64,000 nucleotides of DNA from Alphaproteobacteria bacterium (GCA_017522445.1 JAFWZK010000014.1:21783-85782), one strand, 5' to 3'. Shown: positions 9,307-20,479, numbered from the stretch's first letter. The notes: generated from the sequence alone by a model not told the origin. Numbers and translations are program-made.

Positions 9307-10659
9307 ATGCGTCATTTATCATTAAGTATATTGGCTGTAATGCTGATGGTTCCTGGGGTTTCGAATGCACGTATGCCTGTGGTGAACATTTCATCCGGCA
9401 GTATTTCTGCACGTTCTGCATTTGGTGATTTTGATACATTGTCCCAGAAACGCGATATTGCGACATCTGCGGCAAAGAAAACGGCACCGACCCGCACACG
9501 TTCGGTTGTTGCCCGTTCTGCGGTTAATCGGGCGCCATCTGCATCCACTGATATGGGCGAATCGTTGACGGTTGCGTCTGATGTATTGATTCCACATCGC
9601 CCCAGCGGTGATTTGTGGGCGAAAAGTGATAATACTTTGCGTATGCCAATGCCCAGCGAGTTTTCTGTTATACGTTCTGATGGTTTATTACCCGAAGAAA
9701 GTCTGGATGACACATTTTCGGCGGTCAGCCCCAGGGTTACACCTGTATCAAAGCCGGTTCGTGTTGCATCGACTGTGCCATCGACCACTGCGGTACCACG
9801 GACGGTATCTGACCTGGATGCACAGATTGCACGTATGGCAGACATGCAAAAACGCACTGCGACCGGTGAACGCAATGTGTCATCGCGTATAATTACATCG
9901 CCCATCGCGGTATCTGAAAATATGCCGGTTGTTGCCGCTGCATCGGTTAATCCACCTGCCGTGGAACGCACTGCAAAAAACCAAGAATCGACTGTTGCAA
10001 ACAATGATTTTTCATTACGTCGCATGGTTGTTCCAATGTCTGACGAAGTTGTTGTTCGCAGTGTGGCCAAGAACACATCGCCACGCATTGCGGCGGTACG
10101 CGATGACATGACCAAGATGAGTCCTGCCGAACTTCGTCGTGCATTTCGCAAAACCTTTTTATCCGAGAACAAGCATCTGTCCACATATCCGAACATGGAT
10201 AATTATGACGTGGCCAGTGATATGTCCTCTGCTATCGAGGGGTTTACCGCCAGTCGTGATTTATCAGAATCGGGTGGTATTCGTCCATTGGAAATCAAGA
10301 TAAAGTTCCGTAATGAAGATTCTGCATTATCGCGTGAAAATTATAATTTGTTGACCGAATATGCAGGCATAGTGGTCAGCAAACCCACACGTGCGGTTCA
10401 AATTGCAATACCCCAGTACATGACCACCGACAAGGATGCACGTAAACTGGCGGCACGTCGTTTGGCGATTGTAGAGCAGGCATTAACAGATAACGGTGTA
10501 TCCCAACAGCGAATCATTCCTGTATTATCTAATCGGGAAGAGCAGGGATTTGTTTTGCGTATTATTTCTGGTGACCAGTATGACAGTCTGACCCAGCAAC
10601 AGCGTGATATATTTGGTGATACTGTCAATAAAAAGACGTACAAAAGCATGTCATGGTAG
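9307..10659 (+). CDS. Secreted Ser/Thr/Ala/Val-rich protein with an OmpA-like C-terminal domain
   Basis: Start MRHLSLSIL preceded by an AGGAAAGGA ribosome-binding site. It has a signal peptide and low-complexity segments. The C-terminal ~110 aa resemble an OmpA_C/MotB fold (...ARRLAIVEQALTDNGV...RI). Confidence 0.5.
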   Translation: MRHLSLSILAVMLMVPGVSNARMPVVNISSGSISARSAFGDFDTLSQKRDIATSAAKKTAPTRTRSVVARSAVNRAPSASTDMGESLTVASDVLIPHRPSGDLWAKSDNTLRMPMPSEFSVIRSDGLLPEESLDDTFSAVSPRVTPVSKPVRVASTVPSTTAVPRTVSDLDAQIARMADMQKRTATGERNVSSRIITSPIAVSENMPVVAAASVNPPAVERTAKNQESTVANNDFSLRRMVVPMSDEVVVRSVAKNTSPRIAAVRDDMTKMSPAELRRAFRKTFLSENKHLSTYPNMDNYDVASDMSSAIEGFTASRDLSESGGIRPLEIKIKFRNEDSALSRENYNLLTEYAGIVVSKPTRAVQIAIPQYMTTDKDARKLAARRLAIVEQALTDNGVSQQRIIPVLSNREEQGFVLRIISGDQYDSLTQQQRDIFGDTVNKKTYKSMSW

Positions 10660-11375
10660 GTTTTGTAAACAAAGTCATTGAATTTTTATTTCCACCGGCG
10701 TGTCCATTATGTGATACGCCGGTATCTACACATGGTCAGTTATGTGGCACATGTTGGGCGGCGATAAACTGGATAGATAATCCAAAGTGTATTCGTTGTG
10801 GTTATCCATTTCCTGCGGATTTAGATTTGGGGTCTGCACCCATGTGTCCGGTATGTGCGGCGGGCAAATGTGAACTAGATTGGATACGGTCGGCCTGTGT
10901 ATATGATGATGCATCGCGTATGGCGATGTTACCGTTCAAGCATGGTGGACGTATTCGTTATGCACGTTTTATGTCGCATGCGATGATTTGGGCATTACGC
11001 GATATTGATATTGATGCAGACATTGTTATGCCTGTTCCATTGGCAAATCGGCGATTATTTCATCGTGGTTATAATCAGGCGGCATTATTGGCGCGTCCAA
11101 TTGCACATGCGTTAAATATTCCGATGGATGTTGATTCTGTTCAACGCAAGTATCGTCCAGACATGGGACACAAAAACTCTCGCGAGCGTGCCGCCAACAT
11201 CCACGGTGTATTCAGCGTGGCAAAGCCGGACAATATTCGTGGTCGCAGGATTTTATTGGTTGATGATGTTATGACAACGGGTGCGACATTTTATGAATTA
11301 CGTCGTACATTGTTGGCGTCTGGTGCGGTGTCGGTATATGGTGTGTCGTTTTGTCGTGTGGTTCGTGCAATCTAG
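10653..11375 (+). CDS. ComF-family phosphoribosyltransferase-domain protein
   Basis: N-terminal Cys-rich zinc finger (CPLC...CGTC...CIRCGYP...CPVC) and a C-terminal PRTase motif (ILLVDDVMTTGAT). Confidence 0.8.
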   Translation: MVGFVNKVIEFLFPPACPLCDTPVSTHGQLCGTCWAAINWIDNPKCIRCGYPFPADLDLGSAPMCPVCAAGKCELDWIRSACVYDDASRMAMLPFKHGGRIRYARFMSHAMIWALRDIDIDADIVMPVPLANRRLFHRGYNQAALLARPIAHALNIPMDVDSVQRKYRPDMGHKNSRERAANIHGVFSVAKPDNIRGRRILLVDDVMTTGATFYELRRTLLASGAVSVYGVSFCRVVRAI

Positions 11376-11752
11376 GCCATATATTTTTTTTGTTTCATAC
11401 CGCCCATCAGATTTTGCAGTTTGATTTGTGTTTCCTGATATATCAGCTTGTCTGAACACATTTTAAACAATTCCAAGACGGTCTGTTCCTGCGGTGTATA
11501 GATTGTGCGCTTATTCGGAATCAGTGCCGTATAAATTGGCGTTTCGTTCAGTTCGATTGTGTATTCATATGCAGGCATATTTGTTTCGTTGACAGTGGAC
11601 ATGCAAACACAGTCCAGTAATTTTCCATCATGCGTCAGCACGGTATATTCCTTCATCTCGCCATCTGGGTCGGTAAACACAGAAACGGTTCCTGCGATAA
11701 TGATGCTTTTCAGTTTATTGTTTAGTTTTTGTTCGGGTGTTTTTTCTTTCAT
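11372..11752 (-). CDS. Hypothetical protein, tandem paralogue A
   Basis: 126-aa ORF whose C-terminal region resembles that of the adjacent 11749..12222 ORF. The locus is AT-rich. Confidence 0.4.
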   Translation of the reverse strand: MKEKTPEQKLNNKLKSIIIAGTVSVFTDPDGEMKEYTVLTHDGKLLDCVCMSTVNETNMPAYEYTIELNETPIYTALIPNKRTIYTPQEQTVLELFKMCSDKLIYQETQIKLQNLMGGMKQKKYMA

Positions 11753-12222
11753 TTTTGTTTTATTTTATTGTTTTGTAATACGTATTTGATTGCAGCGATT
11801 TGTGCCAGATGCAATTTGTCTGATTTTTGTTTACATATATCCAGTATATTTTTCAGTGTTTTTTGTGTTTCGGACATCTTAGGGGTTGTTTTGAATGCCC
11901 CTGGTACATGATAGTCATATTTAAAATTATCAAAACTGTATGCGTGAACCTGGTTTATATAGATAGACAGATTATACCTTTGTTGATTGTGTTTTATTTG
12001 CAAAATGGGGATACAGTCGAATTGAGTTTCTGTTTCAACATCGATTTCTGTTTCTGTCTTTTTCTTTCTTGTGCGTTTGGGTTTGATTTCTTGTACCAGG
12101 CAGACCGAATAAATATCGACTGTATTTGTTTGTTTTGTGTCTAGTTCGTCAGATTTTTCAATCATATGATAAACGTCATTTTGTTTCAGTATAATTTCAA
12201 CTTCTTTCAGAAACTTTTTCAT
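11749..12222 (-). CDS. Hypothetical Lys-rich protein, tandem paralogue B
   Basis: 157-aa ORF overlapping its neighbour by 4 nt. Its C-terminal motif (SETQKTLKNILDICKQKSDKL) resembles TPQEQTVLELFKMCSDKL in paralogue A. Confidence 0.4.
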   Translation of the reverse strand: MKKFLKEVEIILKQNDVYHMIEKSDELDTKQTNTVDIYSVCLVQEIKPKRTRKKKTETEIDVETETQFDCIPILQIKHNQQRYNLSIYINQVHAYSFDNFKYDYHVPGAFKTTPKMSETQKTLKNILDICKQKSDKLHLAQIAAIKYVLQNNKIKQK

Positions 12223-12367
12223 TACTAACCTCGTTGCTTTGTTTTGATGGTATCACAAATGATATAGTTGTCAACAAATTGATTGTTTATGCGGTCTTTT
12301 TCTTGAAATTTGATTTTAATCTGATACGATTTCACACAGGTTATTTTTTACAAACAGGATATATAAA

Positions 12368-14764
12368 ATGAACATAGAACTTGGCAAGAATATCAGCCCA
12401 CGCGAAATAGAAACCAGAATTCAAGAATTCTGGGATAAAAACACATTTTGGAACAATGATGTTAATTCGGATAAACCATCATTTTGCGTTATGATGCCAC
12501 CACCGAATGTAACGGGTAATTTGCATATGGGGCATGCATTGGATAATGTGGTAACCGACTTTATTTGTCGTTACAAGCGTATGGCGGGTTATGACGTTTT
12601 ATGGCAACCCGGAACCGATCACGCGTCCATCGCAACCCAGTTGTTGATTGAACGTGACTTGTCGAAACGCGGAATTAATCCACGTACCCTGTCCAAGGAA
12701 GAATTGTTGGATGTCGCGTGGCGTTGGAAGGCCGACAAAGGCGGTCAAATTATGAACCAATTGCATATTCTGGGGATAACACCGGCCTGGTCGCGTGAAC
12801 GTTTTACCATGGATGATGGGCTGTCTCGTGCGGTTGTTAAAATGTTTGTAAAAATGTACAACGATGGATTGATTTATCGTGAAAAACGCCTGGTTAATTG
12901 GTGCCCAAAGCAAATGACATCCGTATCGGATTTAGAGGTTGAAACCCGTGAAGAAAAGGGCAAGTTTTATTACTTTAATTACCCATTGGTTGACGGTGGT
13001 TTTGTCGAGATTGCGACCACGCGTCCCGAAACATTATTCGGTGACCAGGCGATTGCGGTACATCCTGAAAATGAAAAGTTAAAACACCTAATCGGTAAAC
13101 GTGCGATTATTCCATTAACAGATATTGAAATTCCAATTATCGCCGACGTTCACGCCGACCCGGACAAGGGAACCGGTGCGGTAAAGATTACACCGGCACA
13201 CGACTTTGACGACTGGGAAGTTGGCGTTCGTCACAACCTGACACCAGTATGTATTTTAACCCCGGATGCAAAGTTGAATGATAACCCTGTTGTGCCTGAA
13301 AAATATCGTGGCATGGACCGGTATGCGGCACGTGCGGCTGTGGTTGCTGATATTGAAACAGCGGGGCTGTTGGTCCGGGTTGAAGACAAGGTTATTCCGA
13401 CCCCATATTCTGAACGTGGCCAGGTACCGGTTGAACCGTATTTATCTGAGCAGTGGTTTGTTGATGCACCAAAATTGGCAATTCCTGCGATTAAAGCCGC
13501 AGAAGAGGGCAAAATCAAATTTATGCCGGAACACAGATACAACCTGTTTATGTCGTGGATGAAAAATATTCGTCCATGGAACATTTCTCGTCAGTTGTGG
13601 TGGGGACATCAGATTCCTGCATGGTATGATGCGGATGGTAATATTTATGTTGCAGAAACCGAAGAAGAAGCGATTAAGCAATCTGGTGGAAAAACGCTGA
13701 CACGTGATAGTGATACACTAGATACGTGGTTTTCATCGGGCATGTGGCCATTTTCAACATTGGGCTGGCCGGATGACACACCTGAACTGAAGCGTTACTA
13801 TTCGAACGATTATCTGTATACGGGTGTTGATTTGATATTCTTCTGGAATGCACGTATGTTGATGTTGGGTTTATATATAATGGGTGATGTTCCATATCAT
13901 ACCGTAAATCTGCATGGGCTGATTCGTGATGCACGGGGGCAAAAGATGTCCAAGACCAAGGGTAACGGTGTTGATCCATTGGATGCGGTTGAAAAATTCA
14001 GTGTGGATGCCCTGCGTTATTGGTTGGCAACAATGCCGATTGGAACGGATGCGCGTTACAGCGAAGACGAGGTTAAACGTGGCTCTAAACTGTTGACCAA
14101 GTTATGGAATGCATCAAAATATGTTTTGATGAATTTATCTGACTTTGAACCTGCGACTGCAAAACAGATTCCTGTTTCTGAACGTTTTATCGAAGACAGA
14201 TGGGTTTTGTCTGAATTGAATCGTGCGATTGCAGAAACCAGAAAGCATCTGGATAAATTCGACAACTATAATTCACGTGCTGCAATCGATACTTTTTTCT
14301 GGGATATTTTCTGTGACCAGTATCTGGAATTTATCAAAGACCGTTTCTGGGCACCTGAAAAATACAGCCACGAATCTAAACTGTCGGCCCAGTGGACGTT
14401 GTACACGGTCTTGCGTGCGATTATTGGTCTGTATGCACCGTTTATTCCTTTCTTGACCGAAGAATTATGGCAAAAGATTTACCGGGATTTTGAAGGTGGC
14501 GAAACGCTGCATCTGACAGAGTATCCATCTGTTAAATCGGAATATGAAACGGATGTGTCTAAAATGGATATTGCACTGGAGCAGTTAAAGAATATCCGCG
14601 GTCTGCGTACTGAACGCAAGGTTGGCAACGGTGCCAAGCTGGAAACCTTGATAATTCCGTCCGATACACCGGCCGAGTTGCATGGTCTGATTAAATCTGC
14701 GGCACGTGCCAATAACATCCAGTTGGGTGACGCGTTGGATTTTGTTGTGGCCGTTCAGAAATAA
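12368..14764 (+). CDS. valS: Valine--tRNA ligase
   Basis: Class I HIGH motif (PPPNVTGNLHMGHA), KMSKTKGN (KMSKS) motif and ValRS editing-domain signatures. It is 798 aa. Confidence 0.93.
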   Translation: MNIELGKNISPREIETRIQEFWDKNTFWNNDVNSDKPSFCVMMPPPNVTGNLHMGHALDNVVTDFICRYKRMAGYDVLWQPGTDHASIATQLLIERDLSKRGINPRTLSKEELLDVAWRWKADKGGQIMNQLHILGITPAWSRERFTMDDGLSRAVVKMFVKMYNDGLIYREKRLVNWCPKQMTSVSDLEVETREEKGKFYYFNYPLVDGGFVEIATTRPETLFGDQAIAVHPENEKLKHLIGKRAIIPLTDIEIPIIADVHADPDKGTGAVKITPAHDFDDWEVGVRHNLTPVCILTPDAKLNDNPVVPEKYRGMDRYAARAAVVADIETAGLLVRVEDKVIPTPYSERGQVPVEPYLSEQWFVDAPKLAIPAIKAAEEGKIKFMPEHRYNLFMSWMKNIRPWNISRQLWWGHQIPAWYDADGNIYVAETEEEAIKQSGGKTLTRDSDTLDTWFSSGMWPFSTLGWPDDTPELKRYYSNDYLYTGVDLIFFWNARMLMLGLYIMGDVPYHTVNLHGLIRDARGQKMSKTKGNGVDPLDAVEKFSVDALRYWLATMPIGTDARYSEDEVKRGSKLLTKLWNASKYVLMNLSDFEPATAKQIPVSERFIEDRWVLSELNRAIAETRKHLDKFDNYNSRAAIDTFFWDIFCDQYLEFIKDRFWAPEKYSHESKLSAQWTLYTVLRAIIGLYAPFIPFLTEELWQKIYRDFEGGETLHLTEYPSVKSEYETDVSKMDIALEQLKNIRGLRTERKVGNGAKLETLIIPSDTPAELHGLIKSAARANNIQLGDALDFVVAVQK

Positions 14765-14773
14765 GGTGTCGTC

Positions 14774-15511
14774 ATGGCGGATAAACTGGTTGAAAAACGT
14801 GTGCTTCAGGCGTATCAGTGCGACAGGTTTGGAAATGTTCGTCCATTGATTTTAATGAACGAATTACAGTCGATTGCAGACCGCCATGCCGAGTTTTTGG
14901 GCTGTGGTCGCACATATTGTCTGGAAAATAATATTGGTTGGGTTGTGATGTATTACCTGGTCGATATTATTGAATTACCCCGTGAATCAGAAGAGTTAAC
15001 ATTTACCACCTGGCCATCATGCCAGGATGCCTTGCGTGCTACGCGTGACTTTGAGATTCGCGGGGCCGATGGTCGCTTGATGGTTCGTGCCACATCCCAG
15101 TGGATATTGATTGATATGTCATCACGGCGTCCGTTGCCATTGGCAAATCATTTATCGCCCAATGTTGTGGTGCCACACCGTGCGTACGGGTGTGCGTTTG
15201 AAAAGTTTCCAGATTTTGAAACGACCAAGACCCATGTTATGAAGTGTCGCTTTGATGATATTGACGTGAACCAGCATATAAACAATGCGGTCTATGCTGT
15301 GTGGGCAACGGAAAGTGTGGGCTATAAATATCGCAGCGAACACACATTGCGTAAAATCGATATTAATTTCAAGAAAGAAGTCAGTCCAGACACCCCCGAG
15401 ATACGAATCGATGTTTCGATTGATGGTCTGGTATCGCGTCATAAAATTTGTTCTGGTGACACGGTTCATGCGATTGTTATTTGTCATTGGGATGAAATTA
15501 ACTGTTGCTAG
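14774..15511 (+). CDS. Acyl-ACP thioesterase family protein (double hotdog fold)
   Basis: 245 aa with motifs typical of acyl-ACP thioesterases (Pfam PF01643), e.g. ...NQHINNAVYAVWA... Confidence 0.6.
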   Translation: MADKLVEKRVLQAYQCDRFGNVRPLILMNELQSIADRHAEFLGCGRTYCLENNIGWVVMYYLVDIIELPRESEELTFTTWPSCQDALRATRDFEIRGADGRLMVRATSQWILIDMSSRRPLPLANHLSPNVVVPHRAYGCAFEKFPDFETTKTHVMKCRFDDIDVNQHINNAVYAVWATESVGYKYRSEHTLRKIDINFKKEVSPDTPEIRIDVSIDGLVSRHKICSGDTVHAIVICHWDEINCC

Positions 15512-15575
15512 ATTATGTGTAATTTGATAAAATATAACAAACTCAATTGTATGTAAACAACACAAGGGGGGGATT

Positions 15576-15920
15576 GTGTATAAAGTTTTATTTGTATTAT
15601 GTTCATTATTGATTATTCCGCATGCTTATGCTGGGGTGGCCAGTTCTGACTATGTTACATCCGCGGTCTCGGTGCACACATCTGATGTGGCCAATCCTCA
15701 TTCGGTCACTGCGGCCCAGGTTGGTTTGGGGGACGTAAAAAATATTGATACGACCAATGCAGAAAATATAACCAGTGGCACATTAAATACAGAACGTTTG
15801 GCTGTTGGCACGACGACTGGAACTGTTGCGGCGGGCGATGATGCTCGTTTTTATGGTATTCCCACCGCAAAGCCCGCGGTCACAGTCCCCGGTGATATGG
15901 CTTTGGTTTGGTTTGAATAA
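15576..15920 (+). CDS. Small secreted protein, tail-fibre-repeat-like
   Basis: GTG start after a GGGGGG ribosome-binding site. It has a signal peptide (LLIIPHAYAG). The Thr/Ala/Val-rich sequence resembles phage tail-fibre N-terminal repeats. Confidence 0.4.
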   Translation: MYKVLFVLCSLLIIPHAYAGVASSDYVTSAVSVHTSDVANPHSVTAAQVGLGDVKNIDTTNAENITSGTLNTERLAVGTTTGTVAAGDDARFYGIPTAKPAVTVPGDMALVWFE

Positions 15921-15940
15921 GATAATAAAATCCAGATAAT

Positions 15941-15969
15941 AAAAAAAACCGCCGATTGGCGGTTTTTTT
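15941..15969. terminator. Bidirectional intrinsic terminator (ccgccgattggcgg flanked by A- and T-runs)
   Basis: Perfect hairpin flanked by A8 and T7. It serves the convergent 15576..15920 gene and rpmH. Confidence 0.7.
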
Positions 15970-15972
15970 ATC

Positions 15973-16126
15973 TTAGTTTGCTGCATTCACAGCCAGCCGT
16001 TTACGACCAGTTGCACGGCGGCGATTTAATACATCGCGACCACCGGCGGTTGCCATACGTGCACGGAACCCGTGTGTACGAACACGACGTGTCTTAGATG
16101 GCTGATATGTACGTTTTGTTGCCATG
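15973..16126 (-). CDS. rpmH: 50S ribosomal protein L34
   Basis: My own translation of the minus strand gives [50 protein letters not shown]. This ORF is below the 60-aa cutoff of the supplied track. It is a classic L34, but here it is not followed by rnpA. Confidence 0.85.
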
Positions 16127-16691
16127 ACTTTTATCCTTACTTTTTATATTTTTCTTTCCTTGTTCCAAAGTACACCGAGCAGCATCATCAGTACCCTGGA
16201 AAAAATCCGTGTGTGCGTATATTTAATCATACGATTTATAAAAACGCAACCATTTTATTTAGATTTTATTAAACCCATTTTTTTCATACCTTCTATCATC
16301 AGATAGTAAACGAACATTGCAACGAATAATCTGTAAAATGGCAAAAACATTTTTGTTTATCCTTTTTTTATTTCTGTTTATTTTTTAAACCCTGAACAGT
16401 TTTTTCAACAGCATTTACAATTTGTATAAACTTTCTTATATTCCAGTTTTGGCATGTATACATTATGTGTTCGGCCCATGGCAGATTTGTTCTGTTTTTC
16501 AGATTATTTGTATGGTCGTATGCTTCGTTCAGTGCGTTTTTTAATGTTTTCATATTTTTCTTTCGTCATATTGTTGGAAATCAGCGTATCACAAATGTAT
16601 GATTTGTCAATGCATTTTTTTGGCATTATTTCTTGACCAAAAGCCCAAAAATCTGCTATATTTTTTATGTTAAAACCCAGGGAAAGGTATT

Positions 16692-19445
16692 ATGTCAGAA
16701 AATATAAATGAAGTAAACGAAGTGCGTGTTCCCCAGTCATCATTGGAACACGAAATGCGGACCAGTTTTTTAGACTATGCGATGTCGGTTATTGTTGATC
16801 GTGCATTGCCTGATGTTCGTGACGGGTGTAAACCTGTGCACCGCAGAATTTTGTATGTTATGAACGATGTTGCACCTGCGACCAAGCCGACTGTCAAATC
16901 TGCCCGTATTGTTGGTGATGTTATGGGTAAGTATCACCCACATGGTGACAGTTCTATTTACGAAGCGATGGTTCGTATGGGCCAGGATTTTTCCATGGGT
17001 GAAATGTTGGTCCAGGGTCAGGGAAACTTTGGTTCGCGTGACGGGGACAAAGCGGCGGCCATGCGTTATACCGAGGCGCGCTTGTCCAAACTGGGTGCGT
17101 CATTAATGGACGACATGGACAAAGACACGGTTGATTGGATGCCGAACTTTGACGGCAGTTTGCAAGAACCGGTTGTTCTGCCGACCAAGTTTCCAAACTT
17201 TTTGGTAAACGGTGGTTCTGGTATTGCGGTTGGTATGGCGACAAACGTTCCGACCTATAACCTGGGCGAGGTGTGCAATGGTATCCTGGCGGTGTTGGAC
17301 AATCGTGATATATCTGATGATGAATTGTTTACGATTATTCCTGGGCCTGATTTTCCAACTGGTGCGATGATAATGGGGCGTGCCGGTGCGTACAAGGCAC
17401 ACACCACTGGGCGTGGTTCGATAATAATTCGCTCTAAAACGCACATCGAAGATTTTCGCGACCACCAGGCGATTATTGTTGATGAAATCCCATACCAGGT
17501 GAACAAGTCGCAGATGATTATCAAAATCGCCGAATTGATAAAAGACAAACGAATCGAAGGCATATCAGAAATTCGTGACGAATCATCCAAAGAAGGTCTG
17601 CGAATTGTAATTGAATTAAAACGTGATGCGATTGCTGATGTTGTACTGAATCATTTGTTCCAGTACACAGAAATGCAGACCAGTTTTCCGGTCAACATGA
17701 TGGCATTGAATCGTGGTCGCCCAATGTTGTTTAATGTTCGTGGTGTGCTGGATGCCTTTATTGATTTCCGTGCCGAGGTTATTCGCCGCCGCACAATCTT
17801 TGATTTGAACAAGGCGCGCAATCGTGCACACACATTGTTGGGGCTGTCGGTTGCGGTTGGTAATCTGGACGAGGTTATTGAATTGATTAAATCCAGTGCC
17901 AATCCAGAAGAGGCACGCACCGCCTTGGTATCGCGTGGATGGCGTGCATCGGACATTGAATCATATATCCAGTTGATTGATGACCCGAACACAGAATACA
18001 AAGATGGCATGTTCTTTATGTCCGAAGACCAGGCCCGTGCAATTTTGGAATTGCAACTGCATCGTTTGACGGGGCTGGAACGTGATAAGATTCACGATGA
18101 TTTGACATCGTTGGGTGCGACAATTCGTGATTTGTTGGAAATATTGGGCAGTCACGAACGCATTATTCAAATTATCCGCGATGAAACAACAATGGTTCGT
18201 GATAATTGGGCATCGCCCCGGCGGACTGAAATTTCCGATGCGGAAATCGACATTGATATCGAAGACTTGATTGCCCGCGAAGACATGGTTGTAACGGTTT
18301 CGAATACCGGTTATATCAAGCGTGTTGCACTGGATACATATCGTGCCCAGAAACGCGGTGGCAAGGGACGCAATGCCATGACCACCAAAGACGATGACTA
18401 TGTTGTCCAGGTGTTTGTTGCGAACACGCACACACCGCTGTTATTCTTCAGTTCACGTGGTTTATGCTATAAATTAAAAACCTATAAATTGCCCGAGGCG
18501 GCGGCCGCGGCCAAGGGTCGTCCACTGGTAAATCTGTTGCCACTGGAACAGGGCGAAACAATCACAGCGATTTTGCCTGTGCCGGACGAAGATGTTGCAC
18601 GTGTTGCAGAATCTGGGGTTGAACACTTCTTGATGTTTGTGACTGCATCTGGCACGGTTCGCCGCAACCGGATGAGTGACTTTGATTCTATCCGTGCCAA
18701 CGGTAAAATTGCGATGAAATTGGACGAAGGTGACAGTTTGATATCTGTGTTGCCATGCAACGAGGACCAGGATGTATTCTTGTCCACATATCGTGGCCGT
18801 GCCATACGATTCCCTGTGCCAGAAATTCGTGTATTTGCAGGTCGCAATTCGACCGGTGTTCGTGGCATCACATTGGGGCCAGACGACAAGATTATCGGCA
18901 TGGCAATGTTGAATCGTGGTGAATCAGATTCGGCGGTTCGTGCGGCCTATATCAAGCAATCACGTGCCGCCCGCCGTGCCGCAACTGGTATTGAAGAAGA
19001 GGTGTCTGCCGATGAAGAAGAAACAACACTGGTTCTGGACGATGCCAAGATGGCACAAATGGCTGCCGCGGAACAGTTTATTTTAACGATATCTGAAAAC
19101 GGCTTTGGTAAACGCACCAGTTCGTATGAATATCGTTTGACGCATCGTGGTGGTGGCGGCTTTACAAATATCAAACTGGGTGGCAAGAATACTGCTGTTG
19201 CGGGTTCGTTCCCTGTATCTGATGACCAAGATATCATCATGGTAACAGACGGTGGCAAGATAATCCGTACACCTGTGTCTGATGTTCGTATTGCAGGCCG
19301 TTCGACTGCGGGTGTGACGTTGTTCCGTACGGCGGATAATGAACGTGTTGCATCTGCGATTGCAATCGAAGGGGCAGGCGAAGAAGAATCTGTGGGGTTT
19401 GCAACTGAATCTTCTGAATCTGCAACAGAAACTGTATCTGAATAG
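16692..19445 (+). CDS. gyrA: DNA gyrase subunit A
   Basis: GyrA motifs (...[11 protein letters not shown].., the active-site Tyr region, and beta-pinwheel C-terminal repeats) with an acidic tail. It is 917 aa. Confidence 0.95.
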   Translation: MSENINEVNEVRVPQSSLEHEMRTSFLDYAMSVIVDRALPDVRDGCKPVHRRILYVMNDVAPATKPTVKSARIVGDVMGKYHPHGDSSIYEAMVRMGQDFSMGEMLVQGQGNFGSRDGDKAAAMRYTEARLSKLGASLMDDMDKDTVDWMPNFDGSLQEPVVLPTKFPNFLVNGGSGIAVGMATNVPTYNLGEVCNGILAVLDNRDISDDELFTIIPGPDFPTGAMIMGRAGAYKAHTTGRGSIIIRSKTHIEDFRDHQAIIVDEIPYQVNKSQMIIKIAELIKDKRIEGISEIRDESSKEGLRIVIELKRDAIADVVLNHLFQYTEMQTSFPVNMMALNRGRPMLFNVRGVLDAFIDFRAEVIRRRTIFDLNKARNRAHTLLGLSVAVGNLDEVIELIKSSANPEEARTALVSRGWRASDIESYIQLIDDPNTEYKDGMFFMSEDQARAILELQLHRLTGLERDKIHDDLTSLGATIRDLLEILGSHERIIQIIRDETTMVRDNWASPRRTEISDAEIDIDIEDLIAREDMVVTVSNTGYIKRVALDTYRAQKRGGKGRNAMTTKDDDYVVQVFVANTHTPLLFFSSRGLCYKLKTYKLPEAAAAAKGRPLVNLLPLEQGETITAILPVPDEDVARVAESGVEHFLMFVTASGTVRRNRMSDFDSIRANGKIAMKLDEGDSLISVLPCNEDQDVFLSTYRGRAIRFPVPEIRVFAGRNSTGVRGITLGPDDKIIGMAMLNRGESDSAVRAAYIKQSRAARRAATGIEEEVSADEEETTLVLDDAKMAQMAAAEQFILTISENGFGKRTSSYEYRLTHRGGGGFTNIKLGGKNTAVAGSFPVSDDQDIIMVTDGGKIIRTPVSDVRIAGRSTAGVTLFRTADNERVASAIAIEGAGEEESVGFATESSESATETVSE

Positions 19446-19458
19446 TGTGGGGGTCGGC

Positions 19459-19836
19459 ATGGAAAATACAAATGAATATTTTGCATCAATAAACGATGTT
19501 TCAAAACGTTTGAACGTGCCGGCCCATACCCTGCGTTATTGGGAAAAACAGTTTCCTGTTGCCATTCGTCCCACGACGGGGGCGGGCGGTCGCCGTTATT
19601 ATCGTGCCGAGACGGTTGCAAAACTGGTTGTTATTCGTGATTTGTTGTACAGGCATGGGCTGACCATTGCAGGGGTAAAAAAATTATTGCGTGATGGTAA
19701 TTTGCCCAGTTCGGCGGATGAATTGCTGTCATCTGTATCTGTTTCGTGCGATGCGTCGTTGGCAAAAAGCATTGATACATCGGATTTGGATTTGGCAATC
19801 AGTTTACTGGAAAATGCCAAGAATATTTTGCAATAA
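19459..19836 (+). CDS. MerR-family transcriptional regulator
   Basis: Internal start MENTNEYF after a GGGGG ribosome-binding site. It has a MerR-type helix-turn-helix (DVSKRLNVPAHTLRYWEKQF). The 5' end of the track ORF overlaps the gyrA stop. Confidence 0.7.
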   Translation: MENTNEYFASINDVSKRLNVPAHTLRYWEKQFPVAIRPTTGAGGRRYYRAETVAKLVVIRDLLYRHGLTIAGVKKLLRDGNLPSSADELLSSVSVSCDASLAKSIDTSDLDLAISLLENAKNILQ

Positions 19837-19862
19837 AAAAACCGCCGTTTGGCGGTTTTTTT
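19837..19862. terminator. Bidirectional intrinsic terminator (accgccgtttggcggt)
   Basis: Hairpin flanked by an A-run and a T-run, lying between convergent genes. Confidence 0.7.
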
Positions 19863-20439
19863 AACGTTCATTTTGCAGTTTTTGCAATTTTGCTTGATGT
19901 ATTTTTATTCGATAGTTGTGGAAATCTGTACGTGATTTATACAGATTTTCTTTATATCTGGTTTTCAGTGGCATACGACTGACCGAGTCCACCGCCATGC
20001 TGTCGCGTTTTAATTGTTCGATGCGATTATGTGCCTGTCGCATATTTTCGGCAGCTTCAATGTACGCCCTGTTTTTGTCGATGTATTCATCTTGCAGTGC
20101 CTCTGCTAATATCTCCATATCCTTGGACAGTTTGTTGTACTTTTCCAGCATGTTCGCAGTTACATATCCATTGTTCATTTTTTCATACAGTTTATTTTGT
20201 TCTGCGACCATATTCAGATATTTTGAATCCATATACAAAGTATCTTTGCTGTGCAAAATTGCACGTCTTTGTGCGGTTTCATAGTCACCTTCGGCCTTAA
20301 ACAGCATGTTTTTTGCAATGTCCATATCACCAGTATCAAAGGTTGGCGTGTCATAGTTCAGGATGTATGCGACATGTGCAAACGCAGCCAATGATGCTGT
20401 TGCTAATGTTGCTAATGCTGTGTTCTTTATATTTTTCAC
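19861..20439 (-). CDS. Secreted coiled-coil protein, hypothetical
   Basis: GTG start with an AAGAGGAGAA ribosome-binding site. It has a signal peptide, and the rest is predicted alpha-helical, Lys/Glu-rich coiled coil. Confidence 0.5.
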   Translation of the reverse strand: MKNIKNTALATLATASLAAFAHVAYILNYDTPTFDTGDMDIAKNMLFKAEGDYETAQRRAILHSKDTLYMDSKYLNMVAEQNKLYEKMNNGYVTANMLEKYNKLSKDMEILAEALQDEYIDKNRAYIEAAENMRQAHNRIEQLKRDSMAVDSVSRMPLKTRYKENLYKSRTDFHNYRIKIHQAKLQKLQNER

Positions 20440-20479
20440 GACGTTCTCCTCTTGGGTTATACGCTCACTTACACAGTAT

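Noticed and set aside
8543-10196. Long antisense ORFs (8543..9184 and 9312..10196, minus strand)
   Set aside because: They lie entirely inside better-supported plus-strand genes (the IMPase-like gene and the secreted OmpA-like protein). They have no ribosome-binding site and a skewed composition. The same reasoning applies to the antisense ORFs inside valS, gyrA, rpoB, rpoC, rplA, rplJ, rplL and pyk.
16368-16553. 61-aa ORF in the rpmH-gyrA spacer
   Set aside because: It is AT-rich, has no ribosome-binding site and matches no recognisable family. It is probably a chance ORF in the intergenic or origin-like region.
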